From: an uncultured Bacilli bacterium
Lineage (GTDB): Bacteria; Bacillota_I; Bacilli_A; RF39; UBA660
Direction of reading: 5' to 3'
Length of the DNA stretch: 43,664 nt
Assembly: GCA_944329385.1 (NCBI GenBank)
Contig: CALVIE010000004.1
Span: 1 to 43,664, forward strand
Below, piece after piece: positions 9,624 to 17,550 of the stretch (positions are counted from its first letter, which is position 1; each line of letters opens with the position of its first letter). Both the position numbers and the translations under genes were made by a program. The notes under the pieces are model-generated. The model saw nothing but the letters and a program-made list of their open reading frames with translations. It was not told where the DNA came from and ran no database searches.

Positions 9624-10547
9624 TTAGTATTTTCCTTTTGTTTTTTTGCATATATTATTTCTTTCTATTATTAAATTTATTATTTCATTTATGTTTTCAT
9701 CATCTTTGGTTTTGACTGTTTTATTTAATTTTTCTAATATTGTATTTTCAATTTCTTTTGTAAATTCAGATGATACGGGATCTGAAAATTTAAGAGATTC
9801 AATTAAGTCTTGATTATTTATCTTTTTAGCGATGTTTAATGCTTCTTCGGTAAAGGTTTGAATATTATTTACTTTTTTATCATATTCTTTTAGTCTATTT
9901 TTGACGAAATATAATGGTAAGAATAAGATAAAATATATGATAGTTGTAACGATAGTTATGGTTAAAAGATTATTTATATTTAAGTAAGCATACATGTTTA
10001 TAGCAAATAGATAAATAATGGATAAGATATATAAGAAAGTTATATATACTGTTTTATCTTGATTTTTCTTTTTGTTTAGAATTAATATAACCAGCAAGGT
10101 TATAATTAGGGCAATTAATTCTATTATAATAGTAAGATAAAAATTATTATTGATATTTTCATCTATTATTTGATTTATGGTTATAACAGATGAAGGAATA
10201 TATATTTCGCTTGGCATTTTATCTAAACTCATAGAAATAATGGTTACAGGAAGATTTTCGATGGTTTCTGGTATTATTATTTGATTTTCATTACCTTTAT
10301 AACCAGTTACTTCTATTTGATTATTTTTGATGTTATAAGTGAAATTATCGTTACTTTTAAGTTCGTTTAGTTCACTATCTGATATGTTTTGATAATTAAA
10401 ATTATTTTTTTCGGCATAGTTTTGAGCGTTTTGATTATTATGTGAGGTTAGTTTAATGGAGTTATTATTAAACGGTTTATTTAGATATGTTATAGTTAAG
10501 AAAATGGCACTTATTAATATTATAATAACTGGAATGATTTTTTTCAT
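9624..10547 (-). CDS. Membrane protein with BspA/LRR_5-like cap remnants and C-terminal SDPVS...ERN..CK helical domain
   Basis: N-terminal TM, VTGYKG...IIIPETIENLPVT and IYIPSSV BspA-like pieces, 3 further TM helices; starts 1 bp after the SPFH stop. Confidence 0.65.
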   Translation of the reverse strand: MKKIIPVIIILISAIFLTITYLNKPFNNNSIKLTSHNNQNAQNYAEKNNFNYQNISDSELNELKSNDNFTYNIKNNQIEVTGYKGNENQIIIPETIENLPVTIISMSLDKMPSEIYIPSSVITINQIIDENINNNFYLTIIIELIALIITLLVILILNKKKNQDKTVYITFLYILSIIYLFAINMYAYLNINNLLTITIVTTIIYFILFLPLYFVKNRLKEYDKKVNNIQTFTEEALNIAKKINNQDLIESLKFSDPVSSEFTKEIENTILEKLNKTVKTKDDENINEIINLIIERNNICKKTKGKY

Positions 10548-10548
10548 A

Positions 10549-11697
10549 TTATTTTATTCTCCTTCCACATTTAGGACAAAATATGTTATCAGGTTCTAAT
10601 TTATGATGACAGTTTGGACAGGTTAAACTATTTTCTAATGAGGTTCCACATTTTTTACAAAAGCTATGATCTTTAGAGTTTGCAGTTCCACATTTTGGAC
10701 ATGTTTTAGTACTATTATCAATATTAGCGATAACACCTTGAACATTATTTCCAACTTTATCGCCTAAAGTGGTACCTATTCCGCTCATGATACCAAGTCC
10801 TACTCCAACGTTAGCAAATTCACCTACTCCTTCGTTAGCGGCCATTTTTTCTAAAGCATTATAAGATCTTTCTTCTTGATATGAGTAACCTTCTTGCGCA
10901 CGCTTTTTGGCTTCAGCTTCAGAGGCGATGACTTTTTGTTTGGCTTTGGTTTCTTCATCTATGATATTTACTTTTTGTCTTATTTCAGCTTCAGCTACTG
11001 AGACTGTTTGTTTGAAGAATAGTTCTTTAAATTCTAAGTATTGTTTATCATCTTCTGGTTTTAATATGGTAGTTACAAAGAATTTATTTAGTTTAATACC
11101 ATAGTCTGCAAAATCTTTATTTAAAAGTTTTTGAAGGGTATCACTAAATTCGTTTAAGTATTTATCAACTTCAAAGATACATATTTTATTTTCGGTTATG
11201 ATGTTTGCCATATAACTTTTAACTTTTGTTAATATGCATGATGTGAAGAAGTTATCAATTGTTTCATTATCGATTGTTTTTTTGATGCCAACTAGTTTTA
11301 TCAATAATTTTCTTGCGTCTTCGACAATGAAACGCATTTCACCGCAAGCTCCAATTTGAATTGGGAAATTATATTTAGGGTCTAGAAATTCAATTTTACT
11401 ACTGGTTCCCCATTTACTATTTTTTTCGGTTTTATCGATAAAATATACTTCACACTGAAAGGGACTTCTAAAACCGGTTGGAATATTTAAAAATGTTTTT
11501 AGAAGTGGAATATTATTGGTGGTTAAGGTATATTTACCCGGTCCAAATAAATCTAGAGCTTTACCATTTGAGAAAAATAATGCTTCTTGTGATTCATGGA
11601 CTATTAACTGTGACATTGTGTTAAAATTTGTTTTAGGATATTTCCATACTAGATTATCATCAGCTTTTACTTTTTTTATTACTTCAAATATTGCCAT
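10549..11697 (-). CDS. SPFH/band-7 domain protein (YdjI-like) with C-terminal double zinc ribbon
   Basis: SQLIVHESQEALF...GPGKYTLTTNNIP, CEVYFI, KWGT motifs; EAEA coiled coil; CPKC/CKKC/CPNC/CPKC. Confidence 0.88.
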   Translation of the reverse strand: MAIFEVIKKVKADDNLVWKYPKTNFNTMSQLIVHESQEALFFSNGKALDLFGPGKYTLTTNNIPLLKTFLNIPTGFRSPFQCEVYFIDKTEKNSKWGTSSKIEFLDPKYNFPIQIGACGEMRFIVEDARKLLIKLVGIKKTIDNETIDNFFTSCILTKVKSYMANIITENKICIFEVDKYLNEFSDTLQKLLNKDFADYGIKLNKFFVTTILKPEDDKQYLEFKELFFKQTVSVAEAEIRQKVNIIDEETKAKQKVIASEAEAKKRAQEGYSYQEERSYNALEKMAANEGVGEFANVGVGLGIMSGIGTTLGDKVGNNVQGVIANIDNSTKTCPKCGTANSKDHSFCKKCGTSLENSLTCPNCHHKLEPDNIFCPKCGRRIK

Positions 11698-11706
11698 AAT
11701 TTACCT

Positions 11707-13566
11707 CTACTTTCTTTTTGGAATATATTTTGAATATGTATATTCTCCATTTTGTGATTTATATCCAGAGTATACATAACCTGTTTTGTTTGGAATATAT
11801 TCTATTTTATACCAAAGGCCATCTTTATCTGGACAGTTATCTATATTTTTACATGACACTATTTCTAGTACATTATAATAATTTTCTGAAAAGACATAAT
11901 TTTGTTTTTGGCTACTGCTATCTGGATTTTTTCTAACATTTATATAATCGGTTGTTACTAATATTTGGTCTTCATTTGTGTTTTGCACGCCTATATTTTT
12001 CGGTTTCATGAATACGATGAATATTAAGGTGATTGATATTACTAGGGCAAGTATATAAGCAATTATTGGTGTTTTAGTATGTGGGTTATCTTCAAAATTT
12101 TTCTTTGTTTCTTTTTGTAATTGCTTAATTTCTTCAGCGTACTGTTTTTTGATAAGAGTTGTTTCGGCTTTTAATTGCCATTTAGAGTTCATTAATATTA
12201 GTATGATAGTGAAAATGTAAATACCTAGGATGTATGAGTTAAAAGTTAAGTTATATTCTTTATATATAAAGACTGAAAATAGTAAGAATATAAATAGATT
12301 TATAATATATAGATATTTAGATATTCTTCGGCTTTTTCGGCTACTAAAACCTAGTATATAAGCTATAAAATATATTATAGATGTCGTGCCAAAGATTATT
12401 ACGAGCTGGGCGGATAATAGTTTTATATATAAAGTTGGATTGTTTGAAACAAAAACAGAATTACTAATTAATATAATATAGAAAGTGGCTACTATAGCGG
12501 AAAGTAAAAATGTGATTATACTATAACTTTTTGGACATTTTTCTTTGTATATTTTAACTTCTACGCCTCTTTCTTCTTCCTCTTGCTCTTTTCTTTTTAA
12601 CTCTTCTTCTTGTTTTAACATTTCTTTGAATTTGCTGAATAATTCATCAGATATTTCTTCATTTTTTGGTTCTTTTTTGATTATTTTAGTAACGCCTCTT
12701 ATTAGGTCTTGAATAGCGCCTATTTTATTTAGATCTTGCCCTTGAAGAAGAATAAATTCATCAGGTAAGTCAGCGGCTGTCATGCCATAAAAACAAGGAA
12801 TTAAGGTTTTATTTCTGTCTTTTTTCATGATGTCTAGATAACGGCTCCACTCGTTTTTAACCCAAACTGAGTTCATGTTTTTTTGAGATGTTCCAATTAC
12901 CAGCATTACTTTTGAGGATTTTAGTGCTGAATAGATATATGGTTCATATTCTGAGCCTATTTTATCTTCTAAAGTAATTCTAGAGAAGAATACTTTATAG
13001 TTTAATTTAGTTAATTCGTTATATATTTCTTGGGCTATTACGGAATCTTTGGTTCGCCCACCATTTTTTTCATCAGTTTCTTTATAACAAATGAATATAT
13101 CGTATGGGCTTTCTTTTTCAGATATTTCTAATATTTCTTTTTGAATTCTATTAATTTCTTTAGCTTCTTTTTCATAGAGTTCTAATGTTTTACCATAAGC
13201 ATTTTTTATGATATGTTTATACTCTTGAGCAGTTAAAATTGATTCTTTATTAGCTTTATGACAAGTGGGAATTTTTTTATTTGTTTTAGGGTCATCGACA
13301 TATTCAACGCCGTATTTACAAAGTAAGATACCCCACTGCGCTTCTAACTGAGTATTATCAAGATTTAGTATAGATTCATATAGGCCTTGCGCTTTATCAA
13401 ATTCATTGGATTGTCTTAGTTCGTTTGCTCTATTATAAAGATTGATTATTTTTTCATTATCAGAGTTTGGCAAGGTCATAGAACTTTTACAGTATAGACA
13501 TTTACCGGTATTAGTACCTTTAATTGGCTCAATATCGCCGCCACACATTTTACATTTAAAGGTCAT
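11707..13566 (-). CDS. Zn-ribbon/TPR-like/TIR/multi-TM/SH3b protein, copy C
   Basis: CKMC..CLYC; TIR box YDIFICYK, KVFFS, WVKNEW; about 5 TM; SH3b INVRKNP...WYKIEY...GYVYS. Confidence 0.85.
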   Translation of the reverse strand: MTFKCKMCGGDIEPIKGTNTGKCLYCKSSMTLPNSDNEKIINLYNRANELRQSNEFDKAQGLYESILNLDNTQLEAQWGILLCKYGVEYVDDPKTNKKIPTCHKANKESILTAQEYKHIIKNAYGKTLELYEKEAKEINRIQKEILEISEKESPYDIFICYKETDEKNGGRTKDSVIAQEIYNELTKLNYKVFFSRITLEDKIGSEYEPYIYSALKSSKVMLVIGTSQKNMNSVWVKNEWSRYLDIMKKDRNKTLIPCFYGMTAADLPDEFILLQGQDLNKIGAIQDLIRGVTKIIKKEPKNEEISDELFSKFKEMLKQEEELKRKEQEEEERGVEVKIYKEKCPKSYSIITFLLSAIVATFYIILISNSVFVSNNPTLYIKLLSAQLVIIFGTTSIIYFIAYILGFSSRKSRRISKYLYIINLFIFLLFSVFIYKEYNLTFNSYILGIYIFTIILILMNSKWQLKAETTLIKKQYAEEIKQLQKETKKNFEDNPHTKTPIIAYILALVISITLIFIVFMKPKNIGVQNTNEDQILVTTDYINVRKNPDSSSQKQNYVFSENYYNVLEIVSCKNIDNCPDKDGLWYKIEYIPNKTGYVYSGYKSQNGEYTYSKYIPKRK

Positions 13567-13620
13567 TTAAAACACACTCCCACTACTTTTTCTATTATGA
13601 TTTTATCATATTTGTTTTTT
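13483..13620. repeat. 138-bp direct repeat shared with 15452-15589 (promoter, RBS and first codons of TIR copies C and B)
   Basis: Direct comparison by eye shows one mismatch; offset 1969 bp. Confidence 0.9.
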
Positions 13621-13628
13621 AAAAGCAA
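13600..13628 (-). promoter_or_regulatory. Sigma-A promoter of TIR copy C/SPFH/membrane operon
   Basis: TTGCTT, 17 bp, TAAAAT with extended -10 TG. Confidence 0.6.
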
Positions 13629-13632
13629 TTAC

Positions 13633-13661
13633 GCATAAAAAGCCTTTTATGGCTTTTTATG
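13633..13661. terminator. Intrinsic terminator after TIR copy B
   Basis: CATAAAAAGCC-N6-GGCTTTTTATG hairpin immediately after the stop at 13664. Confidence 0.75.
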
Positions 13662-13663
13662 TT

Positions 13664-15535
13664 TTATTTACTTTTTTTGAAAAATTTAACTTCCAAGTCA
13701 TCTGTTCTACTGTTTTTTTCATATATGTAGCCTACTTTATAACTTTTATCTATACTAGCATAATTTGTTTTGACTTTGTAAAATTTATCTGAAAATTTAT
13801 TTTTATTTACTTCTAATACAGTAAATACTGATTCTGTTGTTGGCCGTCCACTACTTAAATTTCGTTTTTTATCTAAGTATATTCTAAATCTATCATTTGT
13901 ATTTTTGGAAACTATTATTATTTGATCTTTGGTTTTATCACGAACTAATGGCTGACCGGTATTTAAAGAACTATATGTGTGAATAGCAATATATAATATT
14001 AATGTAATGGCAAATATTATTTTAATTATTTTGCCTTTTGATTTTTCTTTGGTTTTAAAATTTTCTTTAATATATTTATTTTTCTTTAATTGTCTATCTT
14101 TTTCTTCAGCATTCATTATTGATTTAGTACTAGAGTTTAGGGTCCAAGATGGATTTATAAATAATAAGATAAATTCTATTATATATATAAGACTAGTGAT
14201 TGCTATTATATTTAAGTCATTTTGAATTATTGGTAAAATAAAATTATATTCTTTATTTACAATGTTATTAATGATTGCGGAAATGCTTGGAATAAACTGA
14301 AAGAAAGTTAATAGAAAAGATATAGTAATTAATATATTTTTATATTTATAACTTTTTCTTTTAAAGATAAAGAAATAGCTTACTGCGAAAAATATCCATG
14401 AGACAAATAATGGCCAAACATTATTAAAATGAATATTGCTATAGTGTGCGAAGGCTAGACTTAAATATATATTGGAGCCTATAAAAATTAAAACGGTTAC
14501 AATGACATAATACCAAGTCGGCAATTTTTCTTTTAAGACAGTTACTTCATATCTGCCATTTCCTAAGTTTTTGGCATCTTCTAAAACGTTTTGAACTTTG
14601 GCGATGGTTTCTTTATCTATGCCTTCAATGTCGTCTACTTTAGTTTCTTCAATTATTTTTTTAACGCCTCTTGTTAAATCTTGCATGGCGCCAACTTTAT
14701 CCATTGATTGGGCTTGAAGCATGGCAAATTCTTCTGGAAGTTTATAGGCGTCTATTTTACTATATACGGGTATTAAAACTTTTGATTTGTCCTGATGCAT
14801 CATTTCTAAAAATCTACTCCACTCGTTTTTGACCCATACAGCACTAAAGTTTTCTTCGCTTGTTCCAACTACGAGCATTACTTTTGAGGTTTTTAAAGCT
14901 GAGTAGATATAAGGCTCATATTCTTTTCCAAGTTTATTTTCTAGGGTTATTTTTGAGAAAAATACTTTAAATCCAAGATTTGTTAGTTTATCATAGATAT
15001 CTTCGGCAATGACAGAGTCATGGGTACGATTTCCTTGTTTATCGGTTTCTTTATAACAAATGAATACATCATAAGGCTTTTCTTTTGAAGAAATTGATAG
15101 GATGTTTTTTTGAATATCATCAATTTGTTTAGCTTCTTTTTCGTAGAGTTTTAAAGCTTCACCATATGAATTTTTTTTGATATATTTAAAATCATTATCT
15201 AGTAAGATTGAATAGTCACTTGTTCTATGACATGTTGGTATTTTTGTTTTGGTTTTAGGGTCATCGACATATTCAACGCCATATTTACAAAGAAGGATAC
15301 CCCAGTGGGCTTCTGTTTCATTATTATCTATTTTTAATATGGTTTCATATATTTCTTTTGATTTATCAAATTCATTATTTAATCTTAAGTCATTGGCTCT
15401 ATTATATAGATTTACTATTCTTTCGTTATCGATATTGGGCAAGGTCATTATACTTTTACAGTATAGACATTTACCGGTATTAGTGCCTTTAATTGGCTCA
15501 ATATCGCCGCCACACATTTTACATTTAAAGGTCAT
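13664..15535 (-). CDS. Zn-ribbon/TPR-like/TIR/multi-TM protein with degenerate SH3b-like C-terminus, copy B
   Basis: First ~344 aa nearly identical to copy A; YDVFICYK, WVKNEW; C-terminal FTVLEV...FYKVKT...GYIY. Confidence 0.85.
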   Translation of the reverse strand: MTFKCKMCGGDIEPIKGTNTGKCLYCKSIMTLPNIDNERIVNLYNRANDLRLNNEFDKSKEIYETILKIDNNETEAHWGILLCKYGVEYVDDPKTKTKIPTCHRTSDYSILLDNDFKYIKKNSYGEALKLYEKEAKQIDDIQKNILSISSKEKPYDVFICYKETDKQGNRTHDSVIAEDIYDKLTNLGFKVFFSKITLENKLGKEYEPYIYSALKTSKVMLVVGTSEENFSAVWVKNEWSRFLEMMHQDKSKVLIPVYSKIDAYKLPEEFAMLQAQSMDKVGAMQDLTRGVKKIIEETKVDDIEGIDKETIAKVQNVLEDAKNLGNGRYEVTVLKEKLPTWYYVIVTVLIFIGSNIYLSLAFAHYSNIHFNNVWPLFVSWIFFAVSYFFIFKRKSYKYKNILITISFLLTFFQFIPSISAIINNIVNKEYNFILPIIQNDLNIIAITSLIYIIEFILLFINPSWTLNSSTKSIMNAEEKDRQLKKNKYIKENFKTKEKSKGKIIKIIFAITLILYIAIHTYSSLNTGQPLVRDKTKDQIIIVSKNTNDRFRIYLDKKRNLSSGRPTTESVFTVLEVNKNKFSDKFYKVKTNYASIDKSYKVGYIYEKNSRTDDLEVKFFKKSK

Positions 15536-15549
15536 TTAAAACACACTCC
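14507..15549. repeat. ~1.04-kb near-identical direct repeat, unit 1 (partner 16456-17498)
   Basis: Offset 1949 bp; about 9 substitutions seen by eye, all near the two ends. Confidence 0.95.
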
Positions 15550-15568
15550 CACTACTTTTTCTATTATG

Positions 15569-15597
15569 ATTTTATCATATTTGTTTTTTTAAAACAA
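15569..15597 (-). promoter_or_regulatory. Promoter of TIR copy B
   Basis: TTGTTT, 17 bp, TAAAAT with extended -10 TG; same leader as copy C. Confidence 0.55.
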
Positions 15598-15639
15598 TGA
15601 TTTATAAAAGTACGGTCAAAATACAAATATTGTTATAAT

Positions 15640-17484
15640 TTATTTTTTTTCTAATTTTTTAATATATTCGTGATTATCTCCACTATAAACATAACCAGTG
15701 ATGCCAGTTCCAGTTTTAATTTTATACCAATAGTTGTTTTTATATACTTTTTCTTTATCTAAAACTGTATATATTTCACCCTTTTTTACTTCGCCTAAAA
15801 TAATACTGTTATCGTCTGCACTTGGGGTTTGTCTTATTCTAATAAATTCATTAATTACTTCTATTTGTTCTTTTGATATGTCACGTTTATTGTGTTGATT
15901 ACTATTTATATTTATGAATATATTTATTGTAATAAATAGTATGGTTAATATGATTAAAATAGTTTTTATTAATTTGCCTTTTTGTTTTTCCTTAGTTTTA
16001 AAATTTTCTTTTATAGATTTGTTTTTCTTTAATTGATTGTCTTTTTCTTCAGCGGTCATTATTGATTTAATACTAGAGTTTAATGACCAAACTGGGTTTA
16101 ATGATATGAATATTATTTGAAAGATTGTAATAAGGCAAGCTATAACCATTTGTTCATAGTTTTCCATGATAAGTGTATAAGCGATTTTATATTCACGATT
16201 AAATAAATTAATCATAACATTTGTTAGAAACTGGTTAAAAAATATTATTAAAAAAATTATGGACAATGTGGTCATTACCTTTTTATATTTATATCTTTTT
16301 CTATTTAGACAAAAAATTAGTGATAATATGAAGAACATTAACGATATTAATAAAGAAATTATGCTTACTAAGTTTATGTTATTATTATAAATATATTGTG
16401 CGGCAAGAAATAAATATAGCCAGCCAACAAATAAGAATATGATAGCTTCTAATATATAATACCAAGTCGGCAATTTTTCTTTTAAGACAGTTACTTCATA
16501 TCTGCCATTTCCTAAGTTTTTGGCTTCGTCTAAAACATTTTGAACTTTAGCAATGGTTTCTTTATCTATGCCTTCAATGTCGTCTACTTTAGTTTCTTCA
16601 ATTATTTTTTTAACGCCTCTTGTTAAATCTTGCATGGCGCCAACTTTATCCATTGATTGGGCTTGAAGCATGGCAAATTCTTCTGGAAGTTTATAGGCGT
16701 CTATTTTACTATATACGGGTATTAAAACTTTTGATTTGTCCTGATGCATCATTTCTAAAAATCTACTCCACTCGTTTTTGACCCATACAGCACTAAAGTT
16801 TTCTTCGCTTGTTCCAACTACGAGCATTACTTTTGAGGTTTTTAAAGCTGAGTAGATATAAGGCTCATATTCTTTTCCAAGTTTATTTTCTAGGGTTATT
16901 TTTGAGAAAAATACTTTAAATCCAAGATTTGTTAGTTTATCATAGATATCTTCGGCAATGACAGAGTCATGGGTACGATTTCCTTGTTTATCGGTTTCTT
17001 TATAACAAATGAATACATCATAAGGCTTTTCTTTTGAAGAAATTGATAGGATGTTTTTTTGAATATCATCAATTTGTTTAGCTTCTTTTTCGTAGAGTTT
17101 TAAAGCTTCACCATATGAATTTTTTTTGATATATTTAAAATCATTATCTAGTAAGATTGAATAGTCACTTGTTCTATGACATGTTGGTATTTTTGTTTTG
17201 GTTTTAGGGTCATCGACATATTCAACGCCATATTTACAAAGAAGGATACCCCAGTGGGCTTCTGTTTCATTATTATCTATTTTTAATATGGTTTCATATA
17301 TTTCTTTTGATTTATCAAATTCATTATTTAATCTTAAGTCATTGGCTCTATTATATAGATTTACTATTCTTTCATTATCAATATTGGGCAAGGTCATTAT
17401 ACTTTTACAGTATAGACATTTACCAGTATTAGTGCCTTTAATTGGCTCGATATCGCCGCCACACATTTTACATTTAAAGGTCAT
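15640..17484 (-). CDS. Zn-ribbon/TPR-like/TIR/multi-TM/SH3b protein, copy A
   Basis: CKMC..CLYC; YDVFICYK, WVKNEW; about 5 TM; clear SH3b IRIRQTPS...GEVKKGEIYTVL...WYKIKT...GYVYS. Confidence 0.87.
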   Translation of the reverse strand: MTFKCKMCGGDIEPIKGTNTGKCLYCKSIMTLPNIDNERIVNLYNRANDLRLNNEFDKSKEIYETILKIDNNETEAHWGILLCKYGVEYVDDPKTKTKIPTCHRTSDYSILLDNDFKYIKKNSYGEALKLYEKEAKQIDDIQKNILSISSKEKPYDVFICYKETDKQGNRTHDSVIAEDIYDKLTNLGFKVFFSKITLENKLGKEYEPYIYSALKTSKVMLVVGTSEENFSAVWVKNEWSRFLEMMHQDKSKVLIPVYSKIDAYKLPEEFAMLQAQSMDKVGAMQDLTRGVKKIIEETKVDDIEGIDKETIAKVQNVLDEAKNLGNGRYEVTVLKEKLPTWYYILEAIIFLFVGWLYLFLAAQYIYNNNINLVSIISLLISLMFFILSLIFCLNRKRYKYKKVMTTLSIIFLIIFFNQFLTNVMINLFNREYKIAYTLIMENYEQMVIACLITIFQIIFISLNPVWSLNSSIKSIMTAEEKDNQLKKNKSIKENFKTKEKQKGKLIKTILIILTILFITINIFININSNQHNKRDISKEQIEVINEFIRIRQTPSADDNSIILGEVKKGEIYTVLDKEKVYKNNYWYKIKTGTGITGYVYSGDNHEYIKKLEKK

Positions 17485-17498
17485 TTAAAACACACTCC
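16456..17498. repeat. ~1.04-kb near-identical direct repeat, unit 2 (partner 14507-15549)
   Basis: Direct sequence comparison. Confidence 0.95.
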
Positions 17499-17550
17499 TA
17501 GTTTTATATTATAATTTTATCATATTTATGTTTAGCATTTTATAGTATAA

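Noticed and set aside
9624-17484. Thoeris, CBASS or Pycsar assignment
   Set aside because: No SIR2/Macro ThsA, cyclase, STING or SAVED partner visible; the architecture differs
11707-17498. Diversity-generating retroelement or invertible shufflon as the cause of receptor variation
   Set aside because: No reverse transcriptase or recombinase; repeats are direct and cover the constant rather than the variable region
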